Assembly (NCBI GenBank): GCA_036840065.1
Contig: DAITZZ010000006.1
Location: 8,465 to 72,464 of the forward strand
DNA from: a bacterium
GTDB taxonomy: Bacteria > Bacteroidota > Ignavibacteria > Kapaibacteriales > Kapaibacteriaceae
Length of the DNA stretch: 64,000 nt
Reading direction: 5' to 3'
Shown: positions 48,118-58,163 of the stretch, in pieces
Position numbering within the stretch: position 1 is the first letter of the stretch
Layout: the number at the start of each line of letters is the position of its first letter
Notes under the pieces: model-generated
What the model saw: only the letters and a program-made list of their open reading frames with translations
Database searches by the model: none
What the model was told of the DNA's origin: nothing
Program-made: the position numbers and the translations under genes

Positions 48118-48220
48118 ATTGATCGATGATCCATAGTTTTGCCGTCGGTCAACCGGGGTGCCGCAGAGCCCCCTAACCTTCTCGACCGTGGTGAACTCAC
48201 CCTCACATGAGGACCTGCTG

Positions 48221-48712
48221 ATGCGCCTACGTTTAGCCTTGCTCGCCTCCGTGGTACTGATCGGTGCCGACCTCAGTGCACAGACCCGTGTCGTTGTGCT
48301 GCCGTTTCGTAACATGTCGCACGACATCAAATACAACGCCTGGAACTATCAGTTTGCCGATTCACTGCGAGCGGCGCTTCTCGAAACTGATCCCGCGCAG
48401 AAGGAGTTTGCTATCGTCCCGGCCGACAGTGTTGAGCTTGCCCTGGCCGATCTGAACCTTGACCCGAATAATCCGCAGTACGAATCGGATATGTGGAAGG
48501 CCGTACGAAACCTTGGAGCGCAGAAAGCTGTTCAGGGCAACTTCCAGCTTCGCGGCGAGCGCGTGCTGATCAACTGCTACATCTATGACATGGGTTCGAT
48601 GATGGCCGATGGGACCAATCAGGCAAAGGACATCTACAAGTCACCGACCACCTTTCTTGAAGCAATACGCCCGATCGTCAAACGTATCCGTCCCGGCCTT
48701 ACAGCCCCCTGA
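48221..48712 (+). CDS. hypothetical secreted protein (TolB-N/LpoB-like VVLPFxN fold suspected)
   Basis: Start at ATG 48221 with signal peptide MRLRLALLASVVLIGADLSAQ, followed by RVVVLPFRNMS. Confidence 0.55.
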   Translation: MRLRLALLASVVLIGADLSAQTRVVVLPFRNMSHDIKYNAWNYQFADSLRAALLETDPAQKEFAIVPADSVELALADLNLDPNNPQYESDMWKAVRNLGAQKAVQGNFQLRGERVLINCYIYDMGSMMADGTNQAKDIYKSPTTFLEAIRPIVKRIRPGLTAP

Positions 48713-48736
48713 ACGTCACACCAGAGCTCACTTCCA

Positions 48737-49615
48737 ATGAATTTCGAACTGCCCGTTATCACACTTCCCGAGACCACAGCCGGACGGCGTCCCGAATGGC
48801 TGAAGGTTCGCGCACCCGGTGGTGAAGACTACGCCCGCGTCAAGTCCATGATGCGGTCAAAAGCCCTGCATACCGTGTGCGAGGAAGCTCGTTGCCCGAA
48901 CATTACCGAGTGCTGGAACGCCGGCACGGCAACATTCATGATCCATGGTGACACCTGCACACGCTCATGTGGCTTCTGCGCTGTCAAAACCGGACGTCCC
49001 CTGCCGGTGGATCTGGACGAACCACGACGCGTGGCCGAAGCGGTCGCCTCGATGAGCCTTAAGCATGCTGTTATCACCAGCGTCAACCGCGATGAGCTCA
49101 AAGATGGTGGTTCGATCATCTGGGCGGAAACGATTCGTGCCGTGCGCCAGGCCTCTCCTGAAACCACGATCGAAGTGCTGATCCCAGACTTCAAAGGCAA
49201 CCTCGATAATCTCCAGCGGGTGATCGATGCTCGGCCGGACGTGCTGAATCATAACACCGAAACCGTTCCGCGCCTGTACCGACACGTGCGCCCACAGGGA
49301 CGATTTCAGTGGACGCTCGATGTACTTCGCGAGTCCAAAGAACGCGGCATGCGCACCAAAACAGGCATCATGCTGGGTCTGGGCGAGACGCCCACCGAGA
49401 TCCTCGAAACCATGGTCGAGCTCGCTGCCGTTAAGGTGGACGTGCTCACACTTGGACAGTATCTGCAGCCAACAAAGAATCACCTGCCTGTAGACCGGTT
49501 TGTGCATCCGGATGAGTTCAAGCACTATGAAGTCGAGGGACTGAAGATGGGATTCGACATCGTCGAATCCGGCCCACTGGTCCGCAGCTCGTACCACGCC
49601 GAGCGACACGTCTGA
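48737..49615 (+). CDS. lipA: lipoyl synthase
   Basis: CEEARCPNITEC auxiliary cluster motif and radical-SAM CTRSCGFC. Confidence 0.93.
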   Translation: MNFELPVITLPETTAGRRPEWLKVRAPGGEDYARVKSMMRSKALHTVCEEARCPNITECWNAGTATFMIHGDTCTRSCGFCAVKTGRPLPVDLDEPRRVAEAVASMSLKHAVITSVNRDELKDGGSIIWAETIRAVRQASPETTIEVLIPDFKGNLDNLQRVIDARPDVLNHNTETVPRLYRHVRPQGRFQWTLDVLRESKERGMRTKTGIMLGLGETPTEILETMVELAAVKVDVLTLGQYLQPTKNHLPVDRFVHPDEFKHYEVEGLKMGFDIVESGPLVRSSYHAERHV

Positions 49616-50382
49616 TGCGATTCACGGTGCTTGGCAGCGGCACCTCTACGGGGGTGCCTACCGTTGCCTGTGAGTGCCCGACTTGTTGCAGTTCAGACCC
49701 GCGCGACAAGCGCCTGCGAACGTCGCTGCTTGTCGAAAGTTCCACAACACGACTCGTGGTCGACACCTCGTCGGATTTCCGATACCAGATGCTGCGCTGT
49801 GGCATTGTTGAGCTCGATGCGGTGATCTACACCCATCATCACTTCGATCACATCGGCGGGTTTGATGATCTGCGTCCGTACGCATTCCGTCGCGGTAGTG
49901 CGATGCCCGTCTATGCCATGAATGAGACCATGCAGGTATTACGCTCAACCTTTCCCTATGCCTTCGGATTGGTCGAGTCGACCGGTGCGTCGATCCCCAA
50001 CGTTGAGCTGCACGAGATCCACGAAGCCCCCTTTCGCATTGGAGACATCGACATTGTCCCCATCCCAATGCGTCATGGACTGCGCATGCGCGTCAACGGC
50101 TACCGATTCGGTTCTTTGGCCTACTGCACCGACACGAATTTCATCCCGGAAACATCCCTCGATCTTCTAAGGGGGCTTGACACGCTGATCATCGACGGCC
50201 TGCGCTGGGAACAGCATCCAACGCATTTCACCATCGACCAGTCACTGGCGATCATTGCCGACCTCCGACCGAAACGCGCCTTCCTTACGCACATTGCCCA
50301 TCAGGTCCGGCACGCGATCGATTCGGAACGTCTGCCAAACGGCGTAGAGCTTTGCTACGACGGTCTGGTGATCACGACGTAG
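49615..50382 (+). CDS. MBL-fold metallo-hydrolase
   Basis: HHHFDH motif and N-terminal LGSGTSTGVP. The start overlaps the lipA stop by 1 nt (TGATG). Confidence 0.8.
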   Translation: MRFTVLGSGTSTGVPTVACECPTCCSSDPRDKRLRTSLLVESSTTRLVVDTSSDFRYQMLRCGIVELDAVIYTHHHFDHIGGFDDLRPYAFRRGSAMPVYAMNETMQVLRSTFPYAFGLVESTGASIPNVELHEIHEAPFRIGDIDIVPIPMRHGLRMRVNGYRFGSLAYCTDTNFIPETSLDLLRGLDTLIIDGLRWEQHPTHFTIDQSLAIIADLRPKRAFLTHIAHQVRHAIDSERLPNGVELCYDGLVITT

Positions 50383-51301
50383 TGTCTTGCCGAGCCTGGT
50401 CGCCGTCTGACTCTTCCGTGTCGACCTCGAGTTGTTCAGACGTCGATTGCCAGTAGGCCCCGGATGTTGCTTCGGTATTGGCCGGCGGCGGCTGCTGGGA
50501 TTTGTCATCGCCCGACTCCAGAAGAATGGCCAGCTGCTTGCGTAGTGTGCGGTGATCCGTCTGAATGGCCACGCTGTCGTCCATGTCGATCATCGTCGTG
50601 GTCGTCTTGAGAAGGTCATCTATCTCGCGAAGTTTCGGCAGGTCAGCCAGTGAGTTCAGTCCGAAGACGCGAAGGAATTCCTCTGTCGTTCCATACAAAA
50701 GCGGCTTGCCGGGAGATTCCGAACGTCCAACCATTGCCACAAGCTGCTTTTCAACCAGCGAGTTGACAACTTCTCCTGAATTGACGCCGCGGATAGCGTC
50801 GATCTCCCCCTTGGTGATGGGTTGGCGGTAGGCGATGATCGCTACGGTTTCGAGCGCTGCCTGCGTCAAACGCTTGCGATTCTTGGCCTTCAGAAGACGC
50901 TGCACCAGCATGCCATGCTGCGGTGTTGTGGCAAACTGAAAGCCACCGGCGATCTTCACCAGACGGTAGGGTCTGCTCGAGCGCGCAAGCTCATCATTGA
51001 TGTCCTCGACAAGCTCGTCGAAATACCCCTTGGGCACGTCAAACGTCGGCACAGCAACCACCGCAGGTGGCTCGGGCGTGGGCTCGCCCTCGAGCGGCAG
51101 TGACTGCTGACCAGGCGACTGCTGCGATGGATCTTCCTGCACAAGGATGCGATGAAGCGCCCGCGAGGTAAGGGGCTCTTCACTGGCAAAGATCAGCGCT
51201 TCGAGCGCGCGGCACTGCTCGATTCGATCGAGAGTAAAAAAGTACGGAAGCTCGCGCGTTGAGATATCGCGCTCGAAGGTTTCCTGTTCGATGTCGTTCA
51301 T
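50372..51301 (-). CDS. scpB: SMC-Scp complex subunit ScpB (with low-complexity insert and tail)
   Basis: ALEALIFASEEPL, GGFQFATTPQ, LETVAIIAYRQPITKGEIDAIRGV and GKPLLYGTT motifs. 4-nt overlap with scpA. Confidence 0.85.
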   Translation of the reverse strand: MNDIEQETFERDISTRELPYFFTLDRIEQCRALEALIFASEEPLTSRALHRILVQEDPSQQSPGQQSLPLEGEPTPEPPAVVAVPTFDVPKGYFDELVEDINDELARSSRPYRLVKIAGGFQFATTPQHGMLVQRLLKAKNRKRLTQAALETVAIIAYRQPITKGEIDAIRGVNSGEVVNSLVEKQLVAMVGRSESPGKPLLYGTTEEFLRVFGLNSLADLPKLREIDDLLKTTTTMIDMDDSVAIQTDHRTLRKQLAILLESGDDKSQQPPPANTEATSGAYWQSTSEQLEVDTEESDGDQARQDTTS

Positions 51302-52101
51302 GATTCGATTTCCTCCTCAGGGCCGGGAGAATCCGATGCAACAATGTTCGTGCTGGCATCGACTTCGGCCGATTCATCATTCTTACGTTCAACAATTTCA
51401 ATGTCATCGTGCCGGGCATCCTGGCGTACCAGAATGAGCTGGTTCTTGGCCAGCTCCAGAAGCGCCAGAAAGGTCACGACAATGTGCAGACGCGTGAGGC
51501 CCTGGACAAGACGAAACAGCGACGTCGACGTCGATGAACGAAGCACATGCATGATCTCGGTGGCCTTCTCTTCGACCGTGATCGGAAAGCGCGTCACCAC
51601 GTGCGGATCGTCCTGATCGGGCGCTTTATCAATGGCTCGCTTGAGCGCCTTCAGCAAATCGAACAGCGTCGCGTTACGATAGGCACCGGACTCTGTTGCG
51701 TGGATCTCTTCGGCCTCGAAGATCTGCCTGTAGAGAACATAACGCTGATTCTCGGCCGAGATCATCATCGACTCGGAGGCCTCACGGAAGCGCTTATACT
51801 CCAGAAGCCGGCGCACCAGCTCCGCACGTGGATCCTCGTCGTCGATCTCACCGAGCGTATTGCCGGACTTTTCCTGCCGTGGCAAGAGCATCTGTGCTTT
51901 GATCTGCACGAGCATGGAGGCCATCACGACAAACTCACCGGCAAGCTCCAGATCAAGGATCTCGAGCACCTTGACATACTCGAGGAACTCCTGCGTGATC
52001 GATGCGATCGGAATGTCGTAGATATCCAGCTCGTCCCTCTTGATGAAGAACAGCAAGAGATCAAGCGGACCCTCGAAGTTTTCTAGTCGTACGCTGTACA
52101 T
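51298..52101 (-). CDS. scpA: segregation and condensation protein A
   Basis: FEGPLDLLLFFIKRDELDIYDIPIASIT and FLALLEL motifs. Confidence 0.85.
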   Translation of the reverse strand: MYSVRLENFEGPLDLLLFFIKRDELDIYDIPIASITQEFLEYVKVLEILDLELAGEFVVMASMLVQIKAQMLLPRQEKSGNTLGEIDDEDPRAELVRRLLEYKRFREASESMMISAENQRYVLYRQIFEAEEIHATESGAYRNATLFDLLKALKRAIDKAPDQDDPHVVTRFPITVEEKATEIMHVLRSSTSTSLFRLVQGLTRLHIVVTFLALLELAKNQLILVRQDARHDDIEIVERKNDESAEVDASTNIVASDSPGPEEEIES

Positions 52102-52105
52102 GTTG

Positions 52106-53263
52106 TTACCTTAAATCCGTCGGGGCCGACGACGCCTGATGCGCCGAACCACCGATGTACGTTCGCGGGACACGGGCCGATATGGCTGTGGTGATCTCAT
52201 ACGGGATCGTGCCGGCCCACGTGGCAAGCTCGACCGCGTCGATGCTTTCGACGTGACCGTCGGCAGTGGCCTGCATACCAAGCAGCACGACGTCACTGCC
52301 GATCTCAATCGGCGCATCGCCAACATCGACCATCAGCTCATCCATGCAGATGCTGCCAACGATCGGGTAGCGTCGACCGCCGATGATGCATTGCGCATGC
52401 CCCGAAAGCCCCCTGAGATATCCGTCACCATACCCGATGGGCACCGTCACAATGGTTGTTTCGGTGCTCACCATATACCGGCGGCCATAGCTGACTGTAT
52501 CACCCGGCCAGGCACGTCGTTTGGATACGACGCGCGAGCGGATCGACATCACGGGCCGAAGCGTCATTTCATCGCCCAACGCATGGTCATACCCGTAGAT
52601 CGCGATGCCCGGCCGCACAAGCGTGTAATGAGAATCCGACGCCTGCCACAGCGCTCCGGTATTGGCTGCGTGAACCCAGACAAAGGTACAGCCGTCATCG
52701 ACGAGTTGGCGGTGCGTTTGCTCAAAGGTGGATAACTGCTCCCGCAGAAACGTGCTTGCCGGCTCGTCGGCCGTGGCAAAATGCGTGCAGAGTCCGTCGA
52801 GGCACACTCCGGGCATCCGGCGGATCTGCCGTGCGGCTTCGATGGCTTCCTGCGGCCGGAATCCCTCACGCAGCATGCCGGTGTCGACGTACAGATGCAC
52901 CGACACCCGGCGTGCCCTGCGCTGAGCGCAGTCCGAAAGCGCCTGAACACCATCCAGATCGCAGGCGACCGTGATAAGGTCATGCTCGACGACTGCGTCG
53001 ATCTCCTGATGCTCGATGGGCGTCAGCACCAGAATGGGGGCGCTGATGCCGGCCTTGCGAAGAGCCACGGCCTCGTCGACGAACGCCGTGCCCAGTACGT
53101 CCAGCCCCAACTCTTCCAGCACGCGGGCCACTTCGATCATGCCGTGACCGTAGGCATTGGCCTTGACCATGCCGAGAACGGCCTTGCCGGCAGCGCGCAT
53201 GCGCACGCGAGCAACGTTCCATTCCAGGGCATCAAGGTCGATCATCGCGACAGTTGCTCTCAT
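52106..53263 (-). CDS. alr: alanine racemase
   Basis: PLP-lysine block VKANAYGHG and the C-terminal YEITTAISARVPR. Start at ATG 53263 (ATGA overlap with the asparaginase stop). Confidence 0.88.
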   Translation of the reverse strand: MRATVAMIDLDALEWNVARVRMRAAGKAVLGMVKANAYGHGMIEVARVLEELGLDVLGTAFVDEAVALRKAGISAPILVLTPIEHQEIDAVVEHDLITVACDLDGVQALSDCAQRRARRVSVHLYVDTGMLREGFRPQEAIEAARQIRRMPGVCLDGLCTHFATADEPASTFLREQLSTFEQTHRQLVDDGCTFVWVHAANTGALWQASDSHYTLVRPGIAIYGYDHALGDEMTLRPVMSIRSRVVSKRRAWPGDTVSYGRRYMVSTETTIVTVPIGYGDGYLRGLSGHAQCIIGGRRYPIVGSICMDELMVDVGDAPIEIGSDVVLLGMQATADGHVESIDAVELATWAGTIPYEITTAISARVPRTYIGGSAHQASSAPTDLR

Positions 53264-54369
53264 GAGGCCTTCCCCGCTGCTGATGCATCCACCCATTCGA
53301 ATGCCGCACGGATGCGGCCGACGTCGAGTCCGGCTCCAAGCGCGCAGATCAACTTGATACGGGCCTTCTGTCCGTTGAGGTAATCGGCGAAAATGATGCC
53401 AGCGGCATGCAGGTGCTTACCAGCCCCTTCGTAGGCATAGATATGTTCGACGCGGCCCACCGGACAGCGACTGACCAGTACGACCGGTATGCCGTCGTCG
53501 TTGGCTCGTTTGAGGGCCGAATAGACCGGGGGCGTGACATTCCCAACGCCGAAGGCCTCGATCACCAAACCTGAGCATCCGCCCCGTCGACATGCCTCGA
53601 TCAGCGTCTCATCCATTCCTGCATAGGACTTCAGCAAGGGTACGAATGCCGGCAGCGACTCAACAGAGAAGCTCTCCCGGTGAAAGGGGCTTCGATGAAA
53701 GAAGACAACTCCGTTGGAGATCCTGCCCACCGGGCCGAAGTCGAAACTTTCGAATGTGGACAGGTCCTGCGTGTCGGTCTTCGATGTCTCCGAAGCAGCC
53801 GTGATCACGCCGCCCAGGCAGACCAGAACGCCCAGGCCGGCGGCCGAGGGATGCGCCGCTACCGTCACGGCATCGCGAAGATTCCGCGGACCGTCCCAAT
53901 CAGGCTCACTGCTGTTGCGCATCGCGCCAATGACCACAATGGGCTTGATCGTCTGCACGGAGCTGTCGAGGAAGTATGCGGTCTCCTCAAGCGTATCGGT
54001 ACCGTGCGTGACCACGATGCCGTCGATCGACGCGTCAGAGGCGTACGTGCTGACGATACGGGAGACGTCCATCATCCTGTCGAGCGTCATGTGCGGACCG
54101 GGGAATGTACCGTACTCGTGCACCACGATGTCGGCCACGGATCGGATCCCCGGAATGCGGGCCAGAATCTCCCCGCCCGACATACTTGGTACCACACCGC
54201 CCCATTCCGCATCCAGCGTCGAGGCGATGGTACCGCCCGTAAAGACAATAACGATACGTGATTTTTCTGGTGTCGGCACGGCTGTTCCAAGAGGTCGTAA
54301 GGAACCGCGAAGATAGGGGCATGCTTCGTAGTTTTGTAGCCCATGATCACCGTCAACCCGCATCTGCAC
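53260..54369 (-). CDS. L-asparaginase (type I/II family)
   Basis: IVFTGGTIAS and HGTDTLEET catalytic threonine blocks. The true start is uncertain. GTG 54279 would remove the head-to-head overlap with hisC. Confidence 0.8.
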   Translation of the reverse strand: MQMRVDGDHGLQNYEACPYLRGSLRPLGTAVPTPEKSRIVIVFTGGTIASTLDAEWGGVVPSMSGGEILARIPGIRSVADIVVHEYGTFPGPHMTLDRMMDVSRIVSTYASDASIDGIVVTHGTDTLEETAYFLDSSVQTIKPIVVIGAMRNSSEPDWDGPRNLRDAVTVAAHPSAAGLGVLVCLGGVITAASETSKTDTQDLSTFESFDFGPVGRISNGVVFFHRSPFHRESFSVESLPAFVPLLKSYAGMDETLIEACRRGGCSGLVIEAFGVGNVTPPVYSALKRANDDGIPVVLVSRCPVGRVEHIYAYEGAGKHLHAAGIIFADYLNGQKARIKLICALGAGLDVGRIRAAFEWVDASAAGKAS

Positions 54370-55485
54370 TCGACTTCGGCATACGCCCCCGGCGCATCGC
54401 CCGAGCAGATCAAGGCGCAGTACGGCCTGAGCGATGTTGAGAAGCTCGCCTCCAATGAGAATCCCCTCGGCTGTTCTCCTCGTGCCACGCGAGCGGCCAT
54501 CGACGCACTCTCAACGGTCAACCGCTACAATGACGGTGGCGCGGCACTGCGCGCGCGCCTGGCGGAGTTTCACGGGGTAACGTCGGATCATATCGCTGTG
54601 CATAACGGCAGCGATGCCATCATTCACCAGATCATGCGCACCTTCCTGCTCCCCGGTGAAACAGCCCTCAGCAGCGAAGGCACCTTTGTGAGCTTCCGTC
54701 TGGCAGTGGCGGCTGCCGACAGGCAGTGCCGTCTTGTGCCGATGGCCGCCGGATATCGCTACGACCTCGGTGCGATCGCTGATGCGATCGACGAGTCGAC
54801 GAAGGTCATCTACATCGCTAATCCGAACAACCCCACCGGAACGCACGTGACTGCCGATGAACTCATCGGCCTTCTCGACAGGATCCCGATGTCGGTGCTG
54901 GTTGTCCTCGACGAAGCCTACATCGAATATGCGCGCCAGCTTCATCCGCAGACCTGCCCAACGGAAGATGTCGTGAGCCGACCCAACGTGGTGCGCCTAC
55001 GGACGTTCTCCAAGGCATACGGCCTGGCGGCACTGCGCATCGGTTATGCCGTCGGCCACCCGGACGTGATCCAGTGGCTCAATCGCACGAAGCTGCCGTT
55101 CGATCCCAACGGCGTCGGTTGCAGTGCTGCAATTGCGGCGCTGGACGATCAGGAGTTCGTTGCACAGACCGTAGAGCTTAACGCGCAGTGCCTTGCGATC
55201 ATGAAGCAGGCTGCGCATCAAGCAGAACTTGTCACGGCAGAGCCGGCAGCCAACTTCCTGATGATCGACCTCGGCTCGCCTGAGTCGGCATCGCGGTTTC
55301 ATCGGATGCTTCTGCAAGGGGGCTTTATTTCTCGCCCCCTAAGCAACTTCGGTCTTCCAACGTGCGTGCGCGTAAGCACGGGTAGCGTCGAGCAGATCAT
55401 GCGTCTTGCTGACGTTGTTCGATCTGCAGGACGTGAACTGCACATGCCCTTTGAACAATCACCAATACTGGCTCGTGAGGTTTGA
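54343..55485 (+). CDS. hisC: histidinol-phosphate/aromatic aminotransferase (HisC family)
   Basis: LASNENPLG and the PLP-lysine block TFSKAYGLAALRIGY. Confidence 0.82.
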   Translation: MITVNPHLHSTSAYAPGASPEQIKAQYGLSDVEKLASNENPLGCSPRATRAAIDALSTVNRYNDGGAALRARLAEFHGVTSDHIAVHNGSDAIIHQIMRTFLLPGETALSSEGTFVSFRLAVAAADRQCRLVPMAAGYRYDLGAIADAIDESTKVIYIANPNNPTGTHVTADELIGLLDRIPMSVLVVLDEAYIEYARQLHPQTCPTEDVVSRPNVVRLRTFSKAYGLAALRIGYAVGHPDVIQWLNRTKLPFDPNGVGCSAAIAALDDQEFVAQTVELNAQCLAIMKQAAHQAELVTAEPAANFLMIDLGSPESASRFHRMLLQGGFISRPLSNFGLPTCVRVSTGSVEQIMRLADVVRSAGRELHMPFEQSPILAREV

Positions 55486-56589
<1,104 letters not shown>

Positions 56590-56624
56590 ATCACCATCTC
56601 TTGTTTCACCTACAAAGCTGACGT

Positions 56625-58079
56625 ATGGCTGCATCAGCAAAAAAGGGAGGCACTGTGTCCTCCCACTTCCCCGGGCACAACCCGTTCCTGGAATCCGTTA
56701 ACGCCTACTTCGATAAGGCCGCATCGATCATGGACGTCCCGAAGGGGCTCCTCGAGCAGATCCGCGCCTGCAACTCGGTGTACTACATGCAGTTCCCGGT
56801 GCGCATCAAGGGTGGCATCCAGGTCATTCAGGCATGGCGGGCCGAGCACAGTCACCACAAGTTGCCCACCAAGGGAGGCATTCGATATGCCATGACGGTG
56901 GACCAGGAAGAAGTGCAGGCACTGGCTGCCCTGATGACCTACAAGTGTGCCGTCGTTGACGTGCCATTTGGCGGTGGCAAGGGTGGTATCCGCATCGATC
57001 CAAAGCAGTATACCGAGGAAGAGCTTGAGCGTATCACACGTCGCTATACGGTGGAGCTGATCAAGAAGAACTTCATCGGTGCATCGGTCGACGTGCCGGC
57101 TCCTGACTACGGCACCGGGCCGCGTGAAATGGCGTGGATCGCCGACACATATCAGGCCATGGTGCAGGATGACATCAACGCCCTCGGCTGCGTTACCGGC
57201 AAGCCGGTTGGCCAGGGTGGCGTGCGTGGCCGCACTGCTGCAACGGGCCGTGGCCTGTTCTTCGCGGTTCGCGAAGCCGTCAACGATCCAAAGCTCATGA
57301 AGAAGCTCAAGATGACAACGGGGCTTTCCGATAAGCGCGTCATCGTGCAGGGCTTTGGCAACGTAGGATACTATGCCGCGAAATTCCTCCACGAGGCCGG
57401 TGCAACGGTCGTGGGCGTGATCGAGTGGGATGGTGCGATCGTCAATCCCAAGGGCATCGACATCAATGCCCTACAAACGCACCGCATGGCCACAGGAACC
57501 ATCACCGGCTTCGCCGGATGCAAGACGATCAAGGATGGCAACAGTGTCCTCGAACACGAGTGCGATATTCTCGTACCGGCTGCTCTTGAATCGCAGATCC
57601 ACAAGGGCAATGCCGCAAAGATCAAGGCCAAGATCATCGCCGAAGGCGCCAACGGTCCGATCACTTCGGAAGCAGAACCGATCCTTCTCAAGAAGGGTAT
57701 CCTGGTGATGCCGGACATGTTCGTCAATGCCGGTGGCGTCGTGGTCTCGTACTTCGAATGGCTCAAGAACCTCTCACACGTGCGTTTCGGCCGAATGGAC
57801 AAGCGCTTCGAAGAGGGCTCCAACCTTCGAATTGTTGACACGGTAGAACGTCTCACCGGCAAGAGTCTGACGCTGGCAGAGCGTCAGGTGATCGCCCGTG
57901 GTGCGGATGAAGAAGATCTGGTGAACTCAGGTCTTGAAGACACCATGATCGCCTCCTATCACACGATCGGTGAGATCTACTTTGGTAACCCGAAGGTCAA
58001 GGACATGCGTACGGCCGCCTTCGTGAGCTCGATCGACAAGATCGCCACATCGTACATGTCGCTGGGTATCTTCCCGTAA
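56625..58079 (+). CDS. Glu/Leu/Phe/Val dehydrogenase family (glutamate dehydrogenase-like)
   Basis: KGGIRY catalytic-Lys block, PFGGGKGG, and the Rossmann motif QGFGNVG. Confidence 0.88.
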   Translation: MAASAKKGGTVSSHFPGHNPFLESVNAYFDKAASIMDVPKGLLEQIRACNSVYYMQFPVRIKGGIQVIQAWRAEHSHHKLPTKGGIRYAMTVDQEEVQALAALMTYKCAVVDVPFGGGKGGIRIDPKQYTEEELERITRRYTVELIKKNFIGASVDVPAPDYGTGPREMAWIADTYQAMVQDDINALGCVTGKPVGQGGVRGRTAATGRGLFFAVREAVNDPKLMKKLKMTTGLSDKRVIVQGFGNVGYYAAKFLHEAGATVVGVIEWDGAIVNPKGIDINALQTHRMATGTITGFAGCKTIKDGNSVLEHECDILVPAALESQIHKGNAAKIKAKIIAEGANGPITSEAEPILLKKGILVMPDMFVNAGGVVVSYFEWLKNLSHVRFGRMDKRFEEGSNLRIVDTVERLTGKSLTLAERQVIARGADEEDLVNSGLEDTMIASYHTIGEIYFGNPKVKDMRTAAFVSSIDKIATSYMSLGIFP

Positions 58080-58100
58080 CAAGCCCCGCAGTAAAGCAAA

Positions 58101-58140
58101 CGCCGCATCGGATATCGATCCGATGCGGCGTTTTGATTTT
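58101..58140 (+). terminator. rho-independent terminator after the dehydrogenase gene, between convergent genes
   Basis: Perfect 13-bp stem CGCCGCAUCGGAU / AUCCGAUGCGGCG, 4-nt loop, then UUUUGAUUUU. Confidence 0.8.
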
Positions 58141-58163
58141 CTCCCGGTTGGACTCTGCTGTGC

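Noticed and set aside
47562-48336. Several 78-147-aa ORFs on both strands
   Set aside because: They cover the RNase P RNA gene, where the conserved RNA motifs explain the sequence. The only ORF kept from this region is the secreted protein starting at 48221.
50372-52101. ScpA/ScpB as part of a condensin-like defence system (Wadjet-type)
   Set aside because: It is a canonical kleisin and ScpB pair with a 4-nt overlap. No JetC- or JetD-like ATPase or nuclease is adjacent, and the flanks are alr and an MBL hydrolase. It is housekeeping chromosome segregation.
56634-57392. 252-aa ORF on the - strand
   Set aside because: It is antisense to the Glu/Leu/Phe/Val dehydrogenase gene. It is a shadow ORF.
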